A stretch of DNA of 64,000 nucleotides from an uncultured Bacteroidales bacterium (GCA_903913885.1 CAIWMX010000040.1:2636-66635), one strand, 5' to 3'; counted from the stretch's first letter, positions 35,046 through 46,479 are shown. Notes: a model not told the origin generated them from the letters alone. Made by a program: numbers and translations.

Positions 35046-36422
35046 ATGATACGGCGAAATATCCTCACCGACCTTTTAAACCACCTCCCGGCACCTGAAA
35101 TCACCGTGATCACCGGCCCGCGCCAGGTCGGTAAAACCACGCTGATGCAGCAGATGGCCGGCCATCTTGCCGGCAAGGGCCTGCCGGTTATTTTCCTGCA
35201 CCTCGACAACGAAGCCGACGCCCTGGTCATGGCAACCCAGGCATCCCTGCTTAACCTGATCGGAACGCCGTCCGCGAACGGAAAAACCTATGTATTCATC
35301 GATGAAATCCAGCTGAAGGAAAACGCTGGTTTGTTCATGAAGGGTTTGTATGATATGGACCTCCCGGTAAAATTCATCCTTTCCGGTTCCGGTTCCCTTG
35401 AACTGCGGGCAAGTATCCAGGAATCGATGGCCGGCCGAAAGCGCATGTTCGAAGTGATGCCGGTCAGTTTCTTTGAATTTGCCGATTTCCGCACGGGATA
35501 CAACCATTCCGCCTACCTCGATTCATTCCTGATGAACGATCTTCCCGGCGCGCTCGCCCTGCTCAACGAATACCTCAACTTCGGCGGGTACCCGCGGGTG
35601 ATCATGGCCTCATCGCTTCATGAGAAGATGGATGTCATCAACGAAATTTACCAGTCGTATATGACACGCGACATCGACACGCTGCTGAAGGGCCACGGCC
35701 CTGAAGTGTATGGCCGGATGATGTGCCTGCTTGCCGCCCAAACCGGCGGGATGATCAACCTTTCGATGCTTTCCAACGAAACCAGGGCTGCGCTGCCAAC
35801 GATCCAAAAGTACCTGTGGTTCGCCGAACGCACTTTCTTCCTTAAGATGATCCCCCCGTTGCATGGCAATAAGATCAAGGAGATCACCAAATCGCCGGTG
35901 GTCTACTTCGTTGATCACGGGATGCGAAACTTCGCGATCAGGATGTTCGGCAACATCCATAACCACCGCGATCATGGCTTTGTTTTTCAAAACCTGGTCT
36001 GCACGTTGCTTCTCGATACACTCCAGCGTCATATCTACGACCTGCATTTCTGGCGCACCACCAACAAGGCTGAAGTCGATTTCGTGATCGAACGGTATGA
36101 AAATCCTTTACCTGTCGAAGTAAAATATTCCTCGCTGAAAAAGCCAGAAATAACGCGTTCGCTGCGCAGCTTCATCGATCATTACCATCCCACCGATGGC
36201 TGGGTGATCAACCTCACCTATTCAGGCGAACTGGTGATTGATAATACCACAGTACATTTCATCCCGTTTTTCAGGCTTCGTCCCTTCCTGGAAGCCATAC
36301 GCACAGAACCCGAGCGGCTTTTCCGGGTTTCGGAGCAGGAGGTCATCTACCGGCTGATGCAACCCCCAACAGCTGGGAGGCTGCATAAGAAGAACCTTTA
36401 TAGCAAGGGCGAAAGGAATTAA
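35046..36422 (+). CDS. AAA family ATPase with DUF4143-type C-terminal domain (COG1373-like)
   Basis: Walker A ITGPRQVGKTTL, Walker B VFIDEIQ, C-terminal FWRT..KAEVDFV. Confidence 0.8.
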   Translation: MIRRNILTDLLNHLPAPEITVITGPRQVGKTTLMQQMAGHLAGKGLPVIFLHLDNEADALVMATQASLLNLIGTPSANGKTYVFIDEIQLKENAGLFMKGLYDMDLPVKFILSGSGSLELRASIQESMAGRKRMFEVMPVSFFEFADFRTGYNHSAYLDSFLMNDLPGALALLNEYLNFGGYPRVIMASSLHEKMDVINEIYQSYMTRDIDTLLKGHGPEVYGRMMCLLAAQTGGMINLSMLSNETRAALPTIQKYLWFAERTFFLKMIPPLHGNKIKEITKSPVVYFVDHGMRNFAIRMFGNIHNHRDHGFVFQNLVCTLLLDTLQRHIYDLHFWRTTNKAEVDFVIERYENPLPVEVKYSSLKKPEITRSLRSFIDHYHPTDGWVINLTYSGELVIDNTTVHFIPFFRLRPFLEAIRTEPERLFRVSEQEVIYRLMQPPTAGRLHKKNLYSKGERN

Positions 36423-36547
36423 CCTGTCGGTCAACAGGCTGATTAGCCCATGTCTGACTGAAAAAACCCTTGACTTTCCTGCCCCGGTTCCTTATCTTTA
36501 CTATGTTTTTCATTCCTTCCTTATTCACAAATAAAACCATATCCATC

Positions 36548-37993
36548 ATGAACCCATTCAAAAAACTGGCCATCCTGCTGTTATTGACAGCGCTGGCCGG
36601 CGCTCTCACGCCCTGGCACGGGCAGTCGGCGCCACCCGGCAACAAGCGCTACACGCTGTACGCCCCGCTTAACTTCAACGGCACCCCTGTCGAATGCAAC
36701 AGCTATCTCACCTGGCAGAAACCCCAGCTGCCCGGGGGAGGCACCCCTGCCGGACTGGCAGGGTACAACATATACAGGGACGGCAGCCTGGTTAAGGGCA
36801 TCAGCAGCGGGGAAACGCTCTATTGGTATGATTATTCGCTGGCAACTGGGACCTATTCATACACCATCACAGCCAGTTACGACCTGGCAGCGTATGGTTC
36901 GCCTGGCCAGTTCGGTGAATCGCCGCCATCCGGGCCGGTCAGCATAATTATGAATTGCGACTTCCCTTTCCCATTTTACGAATCATGGGACATGGGCAAT
37001 TTCAGTGGCTATTCCTGGCAGTTTCATCCATCGCAGTTAAACTGGGTTGTCGCCACAAACCAGGGAAACCCCGCGCCCACCGCAATGTTCAACGGCAGTC
37101 CCGGCGTAACGAATTATGAGTCAAGGCTCGAGAGTTTCAGTTTGTACGGGAAACCCTATTTGTGTGCAAACATGTTCCTGGAGTTCGACTATAAACTTGC
37201 GGATTTTACAACCAGTGGTACGGAAAAACTGGAGGCGGAATATTTTATCGATAACACCTGGTACCCGGTGTTCGAAATCACGAATGTGGGATCAACCGGC
37301 TGGGTTCATCAGAAGATCGATATTTCACAAACTGTGGGGAAACAGTTTAAAGTCGGGTTCAGGGCTTCCGGCCTCAACAGCGGCAACATCGCCAGCTGGT
37401 CGGTTGATAACATCCGTGCATATGCTTTATGCAAGGGCCCTGCCGGATGCGGTTATTCCAAATCAGGAAACACGGTGCACCTTTTCTGGCAGCATCCCGA
37501 CTGCGACAGCCTGCAGGGGGTGATGGGGTACAATGTTTACAGGAGGGATCTTCCCGGGGTTACCTACACCAAACTCAATGCTCCCCTTGTCACAGGTTAC
37601 TATTTCGACGATGTTATTCCCATAGGGTTTCCATATACGCAGTTTAAATATTTGATCGAAGCGATGCACTTTGACCTGCTAACCAACTCTTTTCTCTGCG
37701 GTGCGTTTTGCGACACGCTTGATGTTGACCTTACCCAGGGAATTCCCACAAAAGTCAAGCCACAAACTACTGTCTTTCCGAATCCTGCGAACGACTATAT
37801 TACGGTTCAGAGTAATGTCCCGCTGGGCCTGTGTGAACTGCTTACCGCATCAGGACAAATTGTGGGTTCCTGGACAGGTGGGAAAAAGATAACCCTGACC
37901 ATTCCCGTATCGGCGCTTTCGCCGGGGATTTACATGATCAGGGTTCGCAATGGTTCAGAATCGTTTACCAGGAAGATAGCCGTTATGCATTAA
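36548..37993 (+). CDS. T9SS type-A C-terminal sorting domain-containing secreted protein
   Basis: Signal peptide MNPFKKLAILLLLTALAGA. C-terminus VFPNPANDYITVQS...LSPGIYMIRV. Confidence 0.8.
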   Translation: MNPFKKLAILLLLTALAGALTPWHGQSAPPGNKRYTLYAPLNFNGTPVECNSYLTWQKPQLPGGGTPAGLAGYNIYRDGSLVKGISSGETLYWYDYSLATGTYSYTITASYDLAAYGSPGQFGESPPSGPVSIIMNCDFPFPFYESWDMGNFSGYSWQFHPSQLNWVVATNQGNPAPTAMFNGSPGVTNYESRLESFSLYGKPYLCANMFLEFDYKLADFTTSGTEKLEAEYFIDNTWYPVFEITNVGSTGWVHQKIDISQTVGKQFKVGFRASGLNSGNIASWSVDNIRAYALCKGPAGCGYSKSGNTVHLFWQHPDCDSLQGVMGYNVYRRDLPGVTYTKLNAPLVTGYYFDDVIPIGFPYTQFKYLIEAMHFDLLTNSFLCGAFCDTLDVDLTQGIPTKVKPQTTVFPNPANDYITVQSNVPLGLCELLTASGQIVGSWTGGKKITLTIPVSALSPGIYMIRVRNGSESFTRKIAVMH

Positions 37994-38026
37994 AAAAAAT
38001 GAATATTGAATATGGAACATTCTGGA

Positions 38027-38072
38027 ACCCCTCCCGCCCCTCCCCTTGAAGGGGAGGGTCAGGGGAGAGGTC
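38027..38072. repeat. single copy of the GC-rich hairpin repeat family seen at 24405-24725
   Basis: cccctccccttgaaggggagggtcaggggagaggtc. It has the same hairpin plus tcagggg..gagg tail architecture and sits between two convergent genes. Confidence 0.7.
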
Positions 38073-38132
38073 ATTTACTGCCAGCGACCTTCATTTAAAC
38101 TTCAAAATTCGTTGCTCAATATTCGATATTCA

Positions 38133-39479
38133 TTACCTCTCTTCGAGCGGGATATAGTTCCTTGGCGGCTCAACGGTTTTATACGCCGGCCGTATGATGC
38201 GGCGTCCGCTGATCATCTCTTCAAGCCGGTGGGCGCACCATCCGCTGATGCGGGAGATGGCGAACAACGGGGTGTAGAGTTCTTTTGGGATCTTCAGGCA
38301 CTCATATACAAAGCCGGAATAGAAGTCAACGTTGGGGGAGATCAGCTTATCCTGGGTTCCTTTGAATTCATAGAAGATCTCGGGCCCGATACGCTCGATC
38401 GATTCGTAGAGCGCCATTTCATCCTGGCGGCCTTTTTCGATGGAGAGCAGGCGGGCTTTTTCCTTCAGCAAAATGGCCCTCGGATCGGAAACAGTGTACA
38501 CGGCATGCCCGAATCCGTAGATTTTCCCTGATTTATCGTGAACCTCCTTGCGCGTGATTTTGCGAAGGTATTCTGCCACCTCGTCATCGTTGGCCCAGTT
38601 TTTTACGTTGGCCTTGATATTTTCCATCATCTCGATCACCTGGATGTTGGCCCCGCCGTGCAATGGTCCCTTGAGGGAGCCGATGGCTGCCACGATGGCC
38701 GAATAGGTGTCGGTGCCGCTCGAACTGACCACGCGCGTGGTAAAGGTTGAATTATTCCCCCCGCTGTGTTCTGCGTGAAGCACAAGCGACAGGTCAAGCA
38801 ACTCAGCCTCCAGGGAGGTATAGTCGTTGCCCTTGAGCATATACAGGAAGTTCTCTGCTGTGCTCAGCTTCTTGTCGGGATAGCGCACGGTGAGTGTATC
38901 GTAATAGATCAGGTGGCGCATCGAATGGTACGAATAGACCGCGATGGTCGAGATCTTGGCGATCAGGCTGATCGATTGCCTCAGGATATTCTCGATGGTA
39001 GTGTCATCTGCCTTTTCATCGAGGGTGTAAAGCGCCAGGATCGACCGAGCCAGCATGTTCATGATATCCTTGCCTTTCATGGTGAGGATCATGTCGCGGT
39101 TGAAATTCTCAGGCAGGGCGCGTTGTTCGGCCAGGCCGGCAGAAAACCGGTCAAGCTCATCTTTCAGCGGAAGGCGGCCGAATAGCAGCAAAAACACGGT
39201 TTCGTCAAAGCCGGGGCGTTTTGCCGCCTGGCACCCGCGAACGAGGTCTTTGATATCAATACCACGGTAAATCAGTTTGCCGTCGATGGCTTCCAGCTTA
39301 CCGTCGATCTTATCATATCCAACCACACTACCCACACGCGTGAGGCCGACGAGCACGCCGGTATGGTCAGCGTTGCGCAATCCGCGCTTTACATCGAACT
39401 GTTTAAACAGGGTTTCATCAATTTTGCAGGAGTCTTCAGACAGTACTGCAAGGTCTTTCAGGAAATCGTCTATGATCAT
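38133..39479 (-). CDS. gltA: citrate synthase
   Basis: 448 aa. LHAEHSGGNNSTFT, GPLHGGAN and GFGHAVY active-site blocks. Confidence 0.93.
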   Translation of the reverse strand: MIIDDFLKDLAVLSEDSCKIDETLFKQFDVKRGLRNADHTGVLVGLTRVGSVVGYDKIDGKLEAIDGKLIYRGIDIKDLVRGCQAAKRPGFDETVFLLLFGRLPLKDELDRFSAGLAEQRALPENFNRDMILTMKGKDIMNMLARSILALYTLDEKADDTTIENILRQSISLIAKISTIAVYSYHSMRHLIYYDTLTVRYPDKKLSTAENFLYMLKGNDYTSLEAELLDLSLVLHAEHSGGNNSTFTTRVVSSSGTDTYSAIVAAIGSLKGPLHGGANIQVIEMMENIKANVKNWANDDEVAEYLRKITRKEVHDKSGKIYGFGHAVYTVSDPRAILLKEKARLLSIEKGRQDEMALYESIERIGPEIFYEFKGTQDKLISPNVDFYSGFVYECLKIPKELYTPLFAISRISGWCAHRLEEMISGRRIIRPAYKTVEPPRNYIPLEER

Positions 39480-39487
39480 ACGCTTAT

Positions 39488-41749
39488 CTATTTTAGGGTT
39501 TTCATGTAATTTAAGGCGCTTCCCGACTTGAACCAGTGGATCTGCAGGTCGCTGTAACTATGGTTAATTGAAATTTCTTCGCTGCTGCCGTCGGCATGGC
39601 GAAGTCTTAAGGTCAGCTGTTTCCCGGGGCTCAGGGTGCCAAGCCCTTCCAGGTCAAACACATCATCTTCCCTGATTTTGTTGTAATCGGCAGAATCCGC
39701 GAAGGTGAGCGCGAGCATTCCCTGCTTTTTAAGGTTGGTTTCATGGATGCGCGCAAACGATTTCACGAGCACAGCCCGAACGCCGAGGTGGCGTGGTTCC
39801 ATGGCCGCATGTTCGCGTGAAGAACCTTCACCGTAATTTTCATCGCCAACGATCATCGTGGGAATTCCCTGTGCCTTGTAAAACCGCGCGGTTTTCGACA
39901 CTTCGCCGTATTCTCCTGTATCCGGGTTCTTCACCGCGTTGGTTTTCTCGTTGAAGAAGTTAACCGCCCCCATCAGCAGGTTGTTGGAGATGTTGTCGAG
40001 GTGTCCGCGGAATTTCAGCCAGGGACCGGCCATAGAAATATGGTCGGTGGTGCATTTTCCCTTTGCCTTGATAAGCAGCTTCATCCCGGTGATATCTTTG
40101 CCGTCCCATGCATCAAAAGGCTCAAGCAGCTGCAACCGGTCGGAAAGCGGGTTTACACTTACCTTTATTTCCGAAGAATTGGCCGGAGGTGCCAGGTACC
40201 CGGGATCTTTGACGTCGAAGCCGTTGACGGGAAGTTCCCAGCCGCTCGGTTCGTCCAGTTTCACCTGCTGTCCGGATTCATTGACCAGAAAGTCGGTGAG
40301 TGGATTGAATGTGAGGCTGCCGGCCAGCGTCAGGGCGGTAACGATCTCAGGCGAGGAGATAAAGCTGTGCGTGCCTGCATTGCCGTCGTTCCGTTTGGCG
40401 AAATTCCGGTTGAATGAATTCAGGATGGAATTTTTCCGGTCGGGATTGTCAATTTTCCGCGACCACTGACCGATGCACGGTCCGCAGGCATTGGCCATGA
40501 CCACACCGCCGATGCTGTTGAACACGTCGAGCAATCCGTCGCGTTCGCAGGTATAACGAATTTGTTCCGAACCGGGTGTGACCACGAATTCTGCTTTTAC
40601 CTTCAGGTGCTTTTCACCCGCTTGCTTTGCAACAGAAGCCGCCCTCGAGATATCCTCATACGAAGAGTTGGTGCAGGAACCGATCAGGCCGACTTCAAGC
40701 GTTTCAGGATAACTGTTCTCCTTTACAAATGCCTTGAATTCAGAGATCGGGTGTGCCACATCCGGTGAGAAAGGCCCGTTGATGTAGGGCTCCACCTCCG
40801 AGAGGTTGATCCGGATGAACTGGTCGTAATATGCAGCAGGGTCCTGACAAACCTCTGCATCCGGCGCAAGATAAGCGGCATAGCGATCAGCCAGCGCCGA
40901 TACTTCACTGCGCCCGGTGGCGTCGAGATACGCCTTCATTTTCTGGTCGTAGCTGAAAACCGAACAGGTTGCCCCAATTTCGGCCCCCATGTTGCAGATG
41001 GTCCCTTTTCCAGTACAGGAAAGCGAGTCAGCACCTTCGCCGAAATACTCCACGATAAAACCAGTGCCGCCCTTGACGGTAAGGATCCCGGCAAGCTTGA
41101 GGATAACATCCTTGGCCGAAGCCCATCCACTCAGTTTCCCGGTGAGTTCGACGCCAAGCACTTTAGGCATTTTCAACTCGAGCGGCATGCCCGACATCAC
41201 ATCCACGGCATCGGCGCCGCCAACGCCTATGGCAACCATGCCCAGCCCACCGGCATTAGGCGTGTGCGAATCGGTACCGATCATCATCCCGCCCGGGAAT
41301 GCATAATTTTCAAAGATCACCTGGTGTATGATCCCGGCTCCCGGTTTCCAGAACCCGATGCCATATTTTGCCGATACTGTTTCAAGAAAATCATATACTT
41401 CCTTGTTCTGTACCATGGCTGTAGCCAGATCACTCTTAACCCCAAGCTGGGCCTGGATCAGATGATCGCAATGCACGGTTGAGGGAACGGCAGCACTTGC
41501 CCGGCCAGCTGTCATAAACTGAAGCAGCGCCATCTGGGCTGTAGCATCCTGCATGGCCACCCGATCAGGCAGGAAATTGACATAATCGACACCCCTGGCG
41601 TATGGATTTGACGTGTGGGTGTCGAACAAGTGACCATAAAGTATCTTTTCCGTAAGCGTAAGTGGCTTGTTCAGCAGGGTCTTCGCCAGGACGACACCCT
41701 GTGAAATTTTTTCGTAAGTGTTTTGTATTAAATTGATATTCAATAACAT
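39488..41749 (-). CDS. aconitate hydratase (mitochondrial-type, approx 750 aa)
   Basis: [21 protein letters not shown] and CGPCIGQW Fe-S ligand blocks. Its size and layout match the monomeric mitochondrial-like aconitase described for Bacteroides. Confidence 0.93.
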   Translation of the reverse strand: MLLNINLIQNTYEKISQGVVLAKTLLNKPLTLTEKILYGHLFDTHTSNPYARGVDYVNFLPDRVAMQDATAQMALLQFMTAGRASAAVPSTVHCDHLIQAQLGVKSDLATAMVQNKEVYDFLETVSAKYGIGFWKPGAGIIHQVIFENYAFPGGMMIGTDSHTPNAGGLGMVAIGVGGADAVDVMSGMPLELKMPKVLGVELTGKLSGWASAKDVILKLAGILTVKGGTGFIVEYFGEGADSLSCTGKGTICNMGAEIGATCSVFSYDQKMKAYLDATGRSEVSALADRYAAYLAPDAEVCQDPAAYYDQFIRINLSEVEPYINGPFSPDVAHPISEFKAFVKENSYPETLEVGLIGSCTNSSYEDISRAASVAKQAGEKHLKVKAEFVVTPGSEQIRYTCERDGLLDVFNSIGGVVMANACGPCIGQWSRKIDNPDRKNSILNSFNRNFAKRNDGNAGTHSFISSPEIVTALTLAGSLTFNPLTDFLVNESGQQVKLDEPSGWELPVNGFDVKDPGYLAPPANSSEIKVSVNPLSDRLQLLEPFDAWDGKDITGMKLLIKAKGKCTTDHISMAGPWLKFRGHLDNISNNLLMGAVNFFNEKTNAVKNPDTGEYGEVSKTARFYKAQGIPTMIVGDENYGEGSSREHAAMEPRHLGVRAVLVKSFARIHETNLKKQGMLALTFADSADYNKIREDDVFDLEGLGTLSPGKQLTLRLRHADGSSEEISINHSYSDLQIHWFKSGSALNYMKTLK

Positions 41750-41866
41750 AATAAAATTATATTTAACGTAGACTAAATGAGATTTTTAGAAGTTTAGATG
41801 TAAATGCTATTATTGGAAATAACGTGTTAAATTTATGAAAAATTTCATCCCCAAACCAATTTTACA

Positions 41867-44800
41867 ATGCCACAATTAGAATCTCTGCTTGAAGAATGGA
41901 AAATCGTTAAAAAAAAGGATAAAAGCAGCCATCTCCAGGCACTGAAAATTATTGAAACGACAGAAAAGATTTTCGCATCAGGCATTGAGGGCACAGTGCG
42001 GAATTCGTTCTGGTTCGAATTTCTCGATCTGACCCGGAAATCCCTTTTCCTTAGCGCACTTGACACCCCTGTAGAACGGTCGAGATGGGCCGATGTTGTA
42101 TTCAGAATCATTCAGCATACGAATTACGACCTTCGCGACCTGATGGAGCAGCGTGTTGCGGAGCATCCCAACCATATTTTATTCAAGGACATGTCGTCGG
42201 CTGTCGCAATTGACTGGACATACGATCAGATATACCGCCATCTCCGGGAAATTGCCAGCCTGTTTTACAAATCGGTAGCGACGGCACCCAGGGTCGCCAT
42301 TTACAATGAAAACTGCCTGGAAGGGGCCTGTACCGACCTGGCCTGCCTGATGTTCGATATTTATGACACGCCGCTCAGTCCGCATTTCAAGGCGGACATC
42401 CTGCTGCCGATTTTCAATGAACTCAAAATCAACATTGCCCTGGCCGACACCGACGAACGATTATCCGTCCTGCTTAAGATCAGGGAACAGGCTGAAATTA
42501 AATTCATAATCTTTTCCCTGCAGCCGGTCAATGCCAAAACGCGTGATGTCAGGTACCTCGTTGAAGAGAGCAAGAAGATCTCCCGGTGGGATATGGATGT
42601 AATCCTTGCAAGGCAACCGGTGAGAATAAACAACCAGGTCGCCACCACCATGTTCACCTCGGGCAGTACGGGGCTCCCCAAGGGAGTTTCCTTTTCCATA
42701 TATAATATTGTATCAAAACGGTTCGCCCGCGCCGCTGCCGTGCCGGAAGCGGGAGATGAAGTATTCCTCTGCTACCTGCCTTTATTTCATACGTTTGGAA
42801 GATACCTGGAACTGACTGGTTCCATCTTCTGGAGCGGGACTTACATTTTTGCCGGGAACACCTCTTCGGAAACCCTGCGTTCGCTCTTCCCGAAGATGCA
42901 CCCGACAGGATTTATCAGCATTCCGTTACGCTGGCAGGAACTTTATGAACATTGCCAGGAGGTAATCAGCAACGTTGAAAGCCAGGAACTCAGGGAGCAG
43001 GCGGTTCGCGATGTCGTAGGCTCCCGGTTGCATTGGGGGTTATCGGCCGCAGGTTACCTCGACCCGGCAGTATTCCGTTTTTTTAATCAATATGGTATAC
43101 ACCTCAACAGTGGTTTCGGGATGACGGAAGCCACCGGCGGCATCACCATGACACCTCCGGGCAAATACAAGGAGTTTTCAGTGGGGGTTCCCCTACCGGG
43201 CGTTCAAACCAGGCTCACCCCCGACTCGGAACTTGAAATAAGTGGCCATTACATAGGTGCTTACTTAGAAACAGCCGCCCCGGGCGAGGTAATCCCATAC
43301 CCTGTTTCACCTGCGGCCGATCGGTGGCTTTCGACAGGGGATGTGTTCAAACAAGCCGCTGACGGCTATTTTGAGATTGTTGACCGGGTGAAGGATATTT
43401 ACAAGAATAATCGCGGCCAGACTGTTGCGCCGCAGGTCATCGAAAAGAAATTCAACAAAGTGCCTGGTATCAAAAACGTGTTCCTCGTCGGCGATAACAG
43501 GCCTTACAATGTACTGCTTATTGTCCCGGACCATACGGATCCCCTGTTTAATTCTCTTGAGGCACAAAACCTGTCGGAATATTATCACCAGATCGTGATG
43601 GCCGCAAATACCGATGTGGCGCCCTATGAGCGGGTCATCAACTTCACGGTGCTCGACCGTGACTTCAGCCCGGAGAAAGGTGAACTGACCCCGAAGAACT
43701 CGTACAACCGGAAAGCAATCGAAACAAATTTCAAGGAGGTTGTTGAAACCCTTTACCAGAGTAACAGTATCAATATAGCAGCAAAAGATTTCTCGATCAT
43801 CATCCCGAAATGGTTTTTCCGCGACCTGGGCATCCTTGAGACCGACATACGGTATGAACGACAGCAACTGGTCAATCGCCGCAACGGATCAAAGCTGAGT
43901 TTCAGCAGGCTTAAAGGGAACTGGTACCGGATCGGGCACCTCAAGTACCACATCGAATCAAACCAGATCGACCTCGGTACCTTGACCCGGCAACCCAAGA
44001 TATGGATCGGGAACCCGGCCCTGATCGCCTTCTGCCCCGTCAAGGAGGGCTGGGATCTCTCCATGGGCGCCTTTTCCTCCAGCATATCCATCGCCGGGTT
44101 CAGGCAACTCGACGAAAAAGCCTTCCCGGTCATCAAAACCATACGCGACCAGCAGCTGATCCAGGCGAACTACCTGCTTTTCCGCACCTATTTCCGCGGA
44201 TTCGAGGAGGCATACAAGGCTACCGACGAACTCGGAAAAATCCTCATCAGCGCTGAACCCAGGCTGGCCATCGCCATCAGGCACAGGCTCGAAGCGCTTG
44301 CCACGCATCCCGAGGAGGAGATCAGGTGCCTTGCCTATCGCCTGATCCTGCTGAAAGCGCCAAAGCCGGAAGAGATTCAGTTCATGCCTACCTTCATCGA
44401 ATCGGGCCTCTCCTTTCTCAACGAAAATTCGATTCGCGAGATAGCATCCGGCAATTTCGGGAAACACAGGCTGGATGCCCTGAAACAGCGGCTTTACTGG
44501 TACCGGACCCACCTCAGCTGGCCAGCCTCAAAACGTCACCGGCGGGCCTTTGAAGACGTGCTGGGACTGCTTTACAATTTCGCAGTGCTGCACCTTGAAT
44601 ATTACGTCCCTGTGCGGGCTGAGCTTTCAAGATGGATCCTTCACAGGGAGGACCCCTATCTCTCAAAAAAAGCAGAGGCCTATTTCTACAAGCTTGCCGC
44701 AGTTTTCGAAAAGGAGATTGACAGCAAATCAACACGCAGTACCATTTCCGACTGGAAATCAAAACTGGTCTTTGAGCACGGAATATCAGATCTTGAAAAA

Positions 44801-46462
44801 CAACGTGTTACCAAAATATTCCAATCCACGACGTTCCTGAAGGAGAGTATCATCCTCACCTTCAGCGAACCCGATTTCAAGCTCAGCGACGTGCCGGATA
44901 AAGGGATCTGGATATTACGATTGCTGGCTTTCAAGGAGTTCAAGCATTACAGGCTGTCCATCAATACGAATGCAGGCAAGCATTTTGACCTGCATATGGT
45001 GATGAGCGAAAACCCGCAATTCAAGCCAAATCCCGACACTTTCTACTGGCTGGCCTCCCTTGCCGGGTTCCCATACGGCCCCGCCGTCGCGCCGATCCTG
45101 GGCAGCAGCAGGCCAAACCTTGGCGTGCTTACCACGCAATACATCGGCGGGTTATCAGCCTGGGACAAGATCCGTGAATTATCTGAAATTCATCGTTCTT
45201 CGGGATATGTCGGTGGCAATGCCTGGAAAAAAATATTTATCAGGTCGTTTGCGGTCACCTTTAAAGCCTGGCACCACAGCGGGCGCCAGATTGTGCCGGG
45301 AGCGATATCGCCTGCCAACGTAGCCATCCCGGAGATGGATTTCAAGGGAAGCGCAGTCGTTTTGTCGCTGGCCGGGTGGTCGGTGTACAAAAACACCCTC
45401 TCCCTGGTTTATCCCATGGTGCAGGATTATTATGCCAAAATATCCTCGATCTACCCACTGTGCCATAAGCTGCTTGATATCAACTGGATCTTCGACGCAT
45501 GCATCGAAGCGCTCGGAAAGGAAGAAGCCACGCTGTTCCTGGAGCAGTTGCAGCATGACCTGAAAGCAAAGCCGGTAACCTGCTTTGATGCGACGGATCT
45601 CCAGGCGCACCTCGACCATTACCTGGCTGTGACCATCAAACGATATTACCTGCCAGTTTCACTCTACAGCGCCGTCGACCAATTTCAGGACTGGTACAAG
45701 ATCAACCCGCTTACCACGGCTGCAGCCAAGGAACAAACACTCATCGAACTGATGGAATTGTACAAGATCCACCAGTACGCAGAACTGGCCCGGTACTTCT
45801 TTTACCGGCACACCTACTTTGCAGATGCCGCGGAGGAGATTCACGAAGCCTTCGACCGGCTGCTTGAGAAAATGGAAGGAAATCCCGACGGGCTAGCCAT
45901 CCAGCTGGTTGAACTCTCAGACCTGCAATCAGCCTTGCACGATAACGACGACCGCAACATCTTCAGCAGGATGGTGTTTCCCAGGTTACAGGGGGAACAG
46001 GGGATCGATTTCATGAAAATCGGTGAAAACAGGAAAGAGCATCTCGTGGTAAGGTTCCCCATCCAGGATAAATCGGGCAGGCACTACATCCTGCGCGAGC
46101 CGATCGAAGCCCGCGAAACCGGGCAGCTCTACCAGCTTTTCTTCCGTGAAAACTATCCCAAGGACATTTCAGACCATGATCATCAGTATGTACTGACCGA
46201 TGAAAACGAAAAGATCGTCGGCGGAATCACCTTCAGGCACATTGAAGATCACAACATTTTACTCGACGGGATCGTGGTAACCTCCTCACTCCAGGGCAAT
46301 GGCATTGCATCCGGGATGATCGAAAAATTCTTTGCCAGCATGGCGGCCCGGGGTGCGGAGTTCGTAAAAGCACATTTCCTGTTCGGCAATTATTACCTGA
46401 AACATTTCTTTGAAGTGGACAAGAAATGGGGGGCGTTGATCAAAACCCTGAAAAAGTTGTAA
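41867..46462 (+). CDS. 1531-aa multidomain protein: N-terminal AMP-dependent synthetase/ligase, approx 750-aa unknown middle region, C-terminal GNAT acetyltransferase
   Basis: AMP-binding motifs MFTSGSTGLPKGVSFS, GFGMTEATGG, LSTGDVF..DGYFEIVDRVKD within about aa 90-640. GNAT motif A LQGNGIASGMIEKF within the last approx 130 aa. One uninterrupted ORF. Confidence 0.8.
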   Translation: MPQLESLLEEWKIVKKKDKSSHLQALKIIETTEKIFASGIEGTVRNSFWFEFLDLTRKSLFLSALDTPVERSRWADVVFRIIQHTNYDLRDLMEQRVAEHPNHILFKDMSSAVAIDWTYDQIYRHLREIASLFYKSVATAPRVAIYNENCLEGACTDLACLMFDIYDTPLSPHFKADILLPIFNELKINIALADTDERLSVLLKIREQAEIKFIIFSLQPVNAKTRDVRYLVEESKKISRWDMDVILARQPVRINNQVATTMFTSGSTGLPKGVSFSIYNIVSKRFARAAAVPEAGDEVFLCYLPLFHTFGRYLELTGSIFWSGTYIFAGNTSSETLRSLFPKMHPTGFISIPLRWQELYEHCQEVISNVESQELREQAVRDVVGSRLHWGLSAAGYLDPAVFRFFNQYGIHLNSGFGMTEATGGITMTPPGKYKEFSVGVPLPGVQTRLTPDSELEISGHYIGAYLETAAPGEVIPYPVSPAADRWLSTGDVFKQAADGYFEIVDRVKDIYKNNRGQTVAPQVIEKKFNKVPGIKNVFLVGDNRPYNVLLIVPDHTDPLFNSLEAQNLSEYYHQIVMAANTDVAPYERVINFTVLDRDFSPEKGELTPKNSYNRKAIETNFKEVVETLYQSNSINIAAKDFSIIIPKWFFRDLGILETDIRYERQQLVNRRNGSKLSFSRLKGNWYRIGHLKYHIESNQIDLGTLTRQPKIWIGNPALIAFCPVKEGWDLSMGAFSSSISIAGFRQLDEKAFPVIKTIRDQQLIQANYLLFRTYFRGFEEAYKATDELGKILISAEPRLAIAIRHRLEALATHPEEEIRCLAYRLILLKAPKPEEIQFMPTFIESGLSFLNENSIREIASGNFGKHRLDALKQRLYWYRTHLSWPASKRHRRAFEDVLGLLYNFAVLHLEYYVPVRAELSRWILHREDPYLSKKAEAYFYKLAAVFEKEIDSKSTRSTISDWKSKLVFEHGISDLEKQRVTKIFQSTTFLKESIILTFSEPDFKLSDVPDKGIWILRLLAFKEFKHYRLSINTNAGKHFDLHMVMSENPQFKPNPDTFYWLASLAGFPYGPAVAPILGSSRPNLGVLTTQYIGGLSAWDKIRELSEIHRSSGYVGGNAWKKIFIRSFAVTFKAWHHSGRQIVPGAISPANVAIPEMDFKGSAVVLSLAGWSVYKNTLSLVYPMVQDYYAKISSIYPLCHKLLDINWIFDACIEALGKEEATLFLEQLQHDLKAKPVTCFDATDLQAHLDHYLAVTIKRYYLPVSLYSAVDQFQDWYKINPLTTAAAKEQTLIELMELYKIHQYAELARYFFYRHTYFADAAEEIHEAFDRLLEKMEGNPDGLAIQLVELSDLQSALHDNDDRNIFSRMVFPRLQGEQGIDFMKIGENRKEHLVVRFPIQDKSGRHYILREPIEARETGQLYQLFFRENYPKDISDHDHQYVLTDENEKIVGGITFRHIEDHNILLDGIVVTSSLQGNGIASGMIEKFFASMAARGAEFVKAHFLFGNYYLKHFFEVDKKWGALIKTLKKL

Positions 46463-46479
46463 TTTTGCGCAGGGATTAC

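Noticed and set aside
41750-41866. Riboswitch or attenuator in the acn / fusion-gene divergent region and upstream of purL
   Set aside because: I could not see any conserved riboswitch-like core or convincing alternative hairpins by eye. This would need an Rfam scan before any claim.
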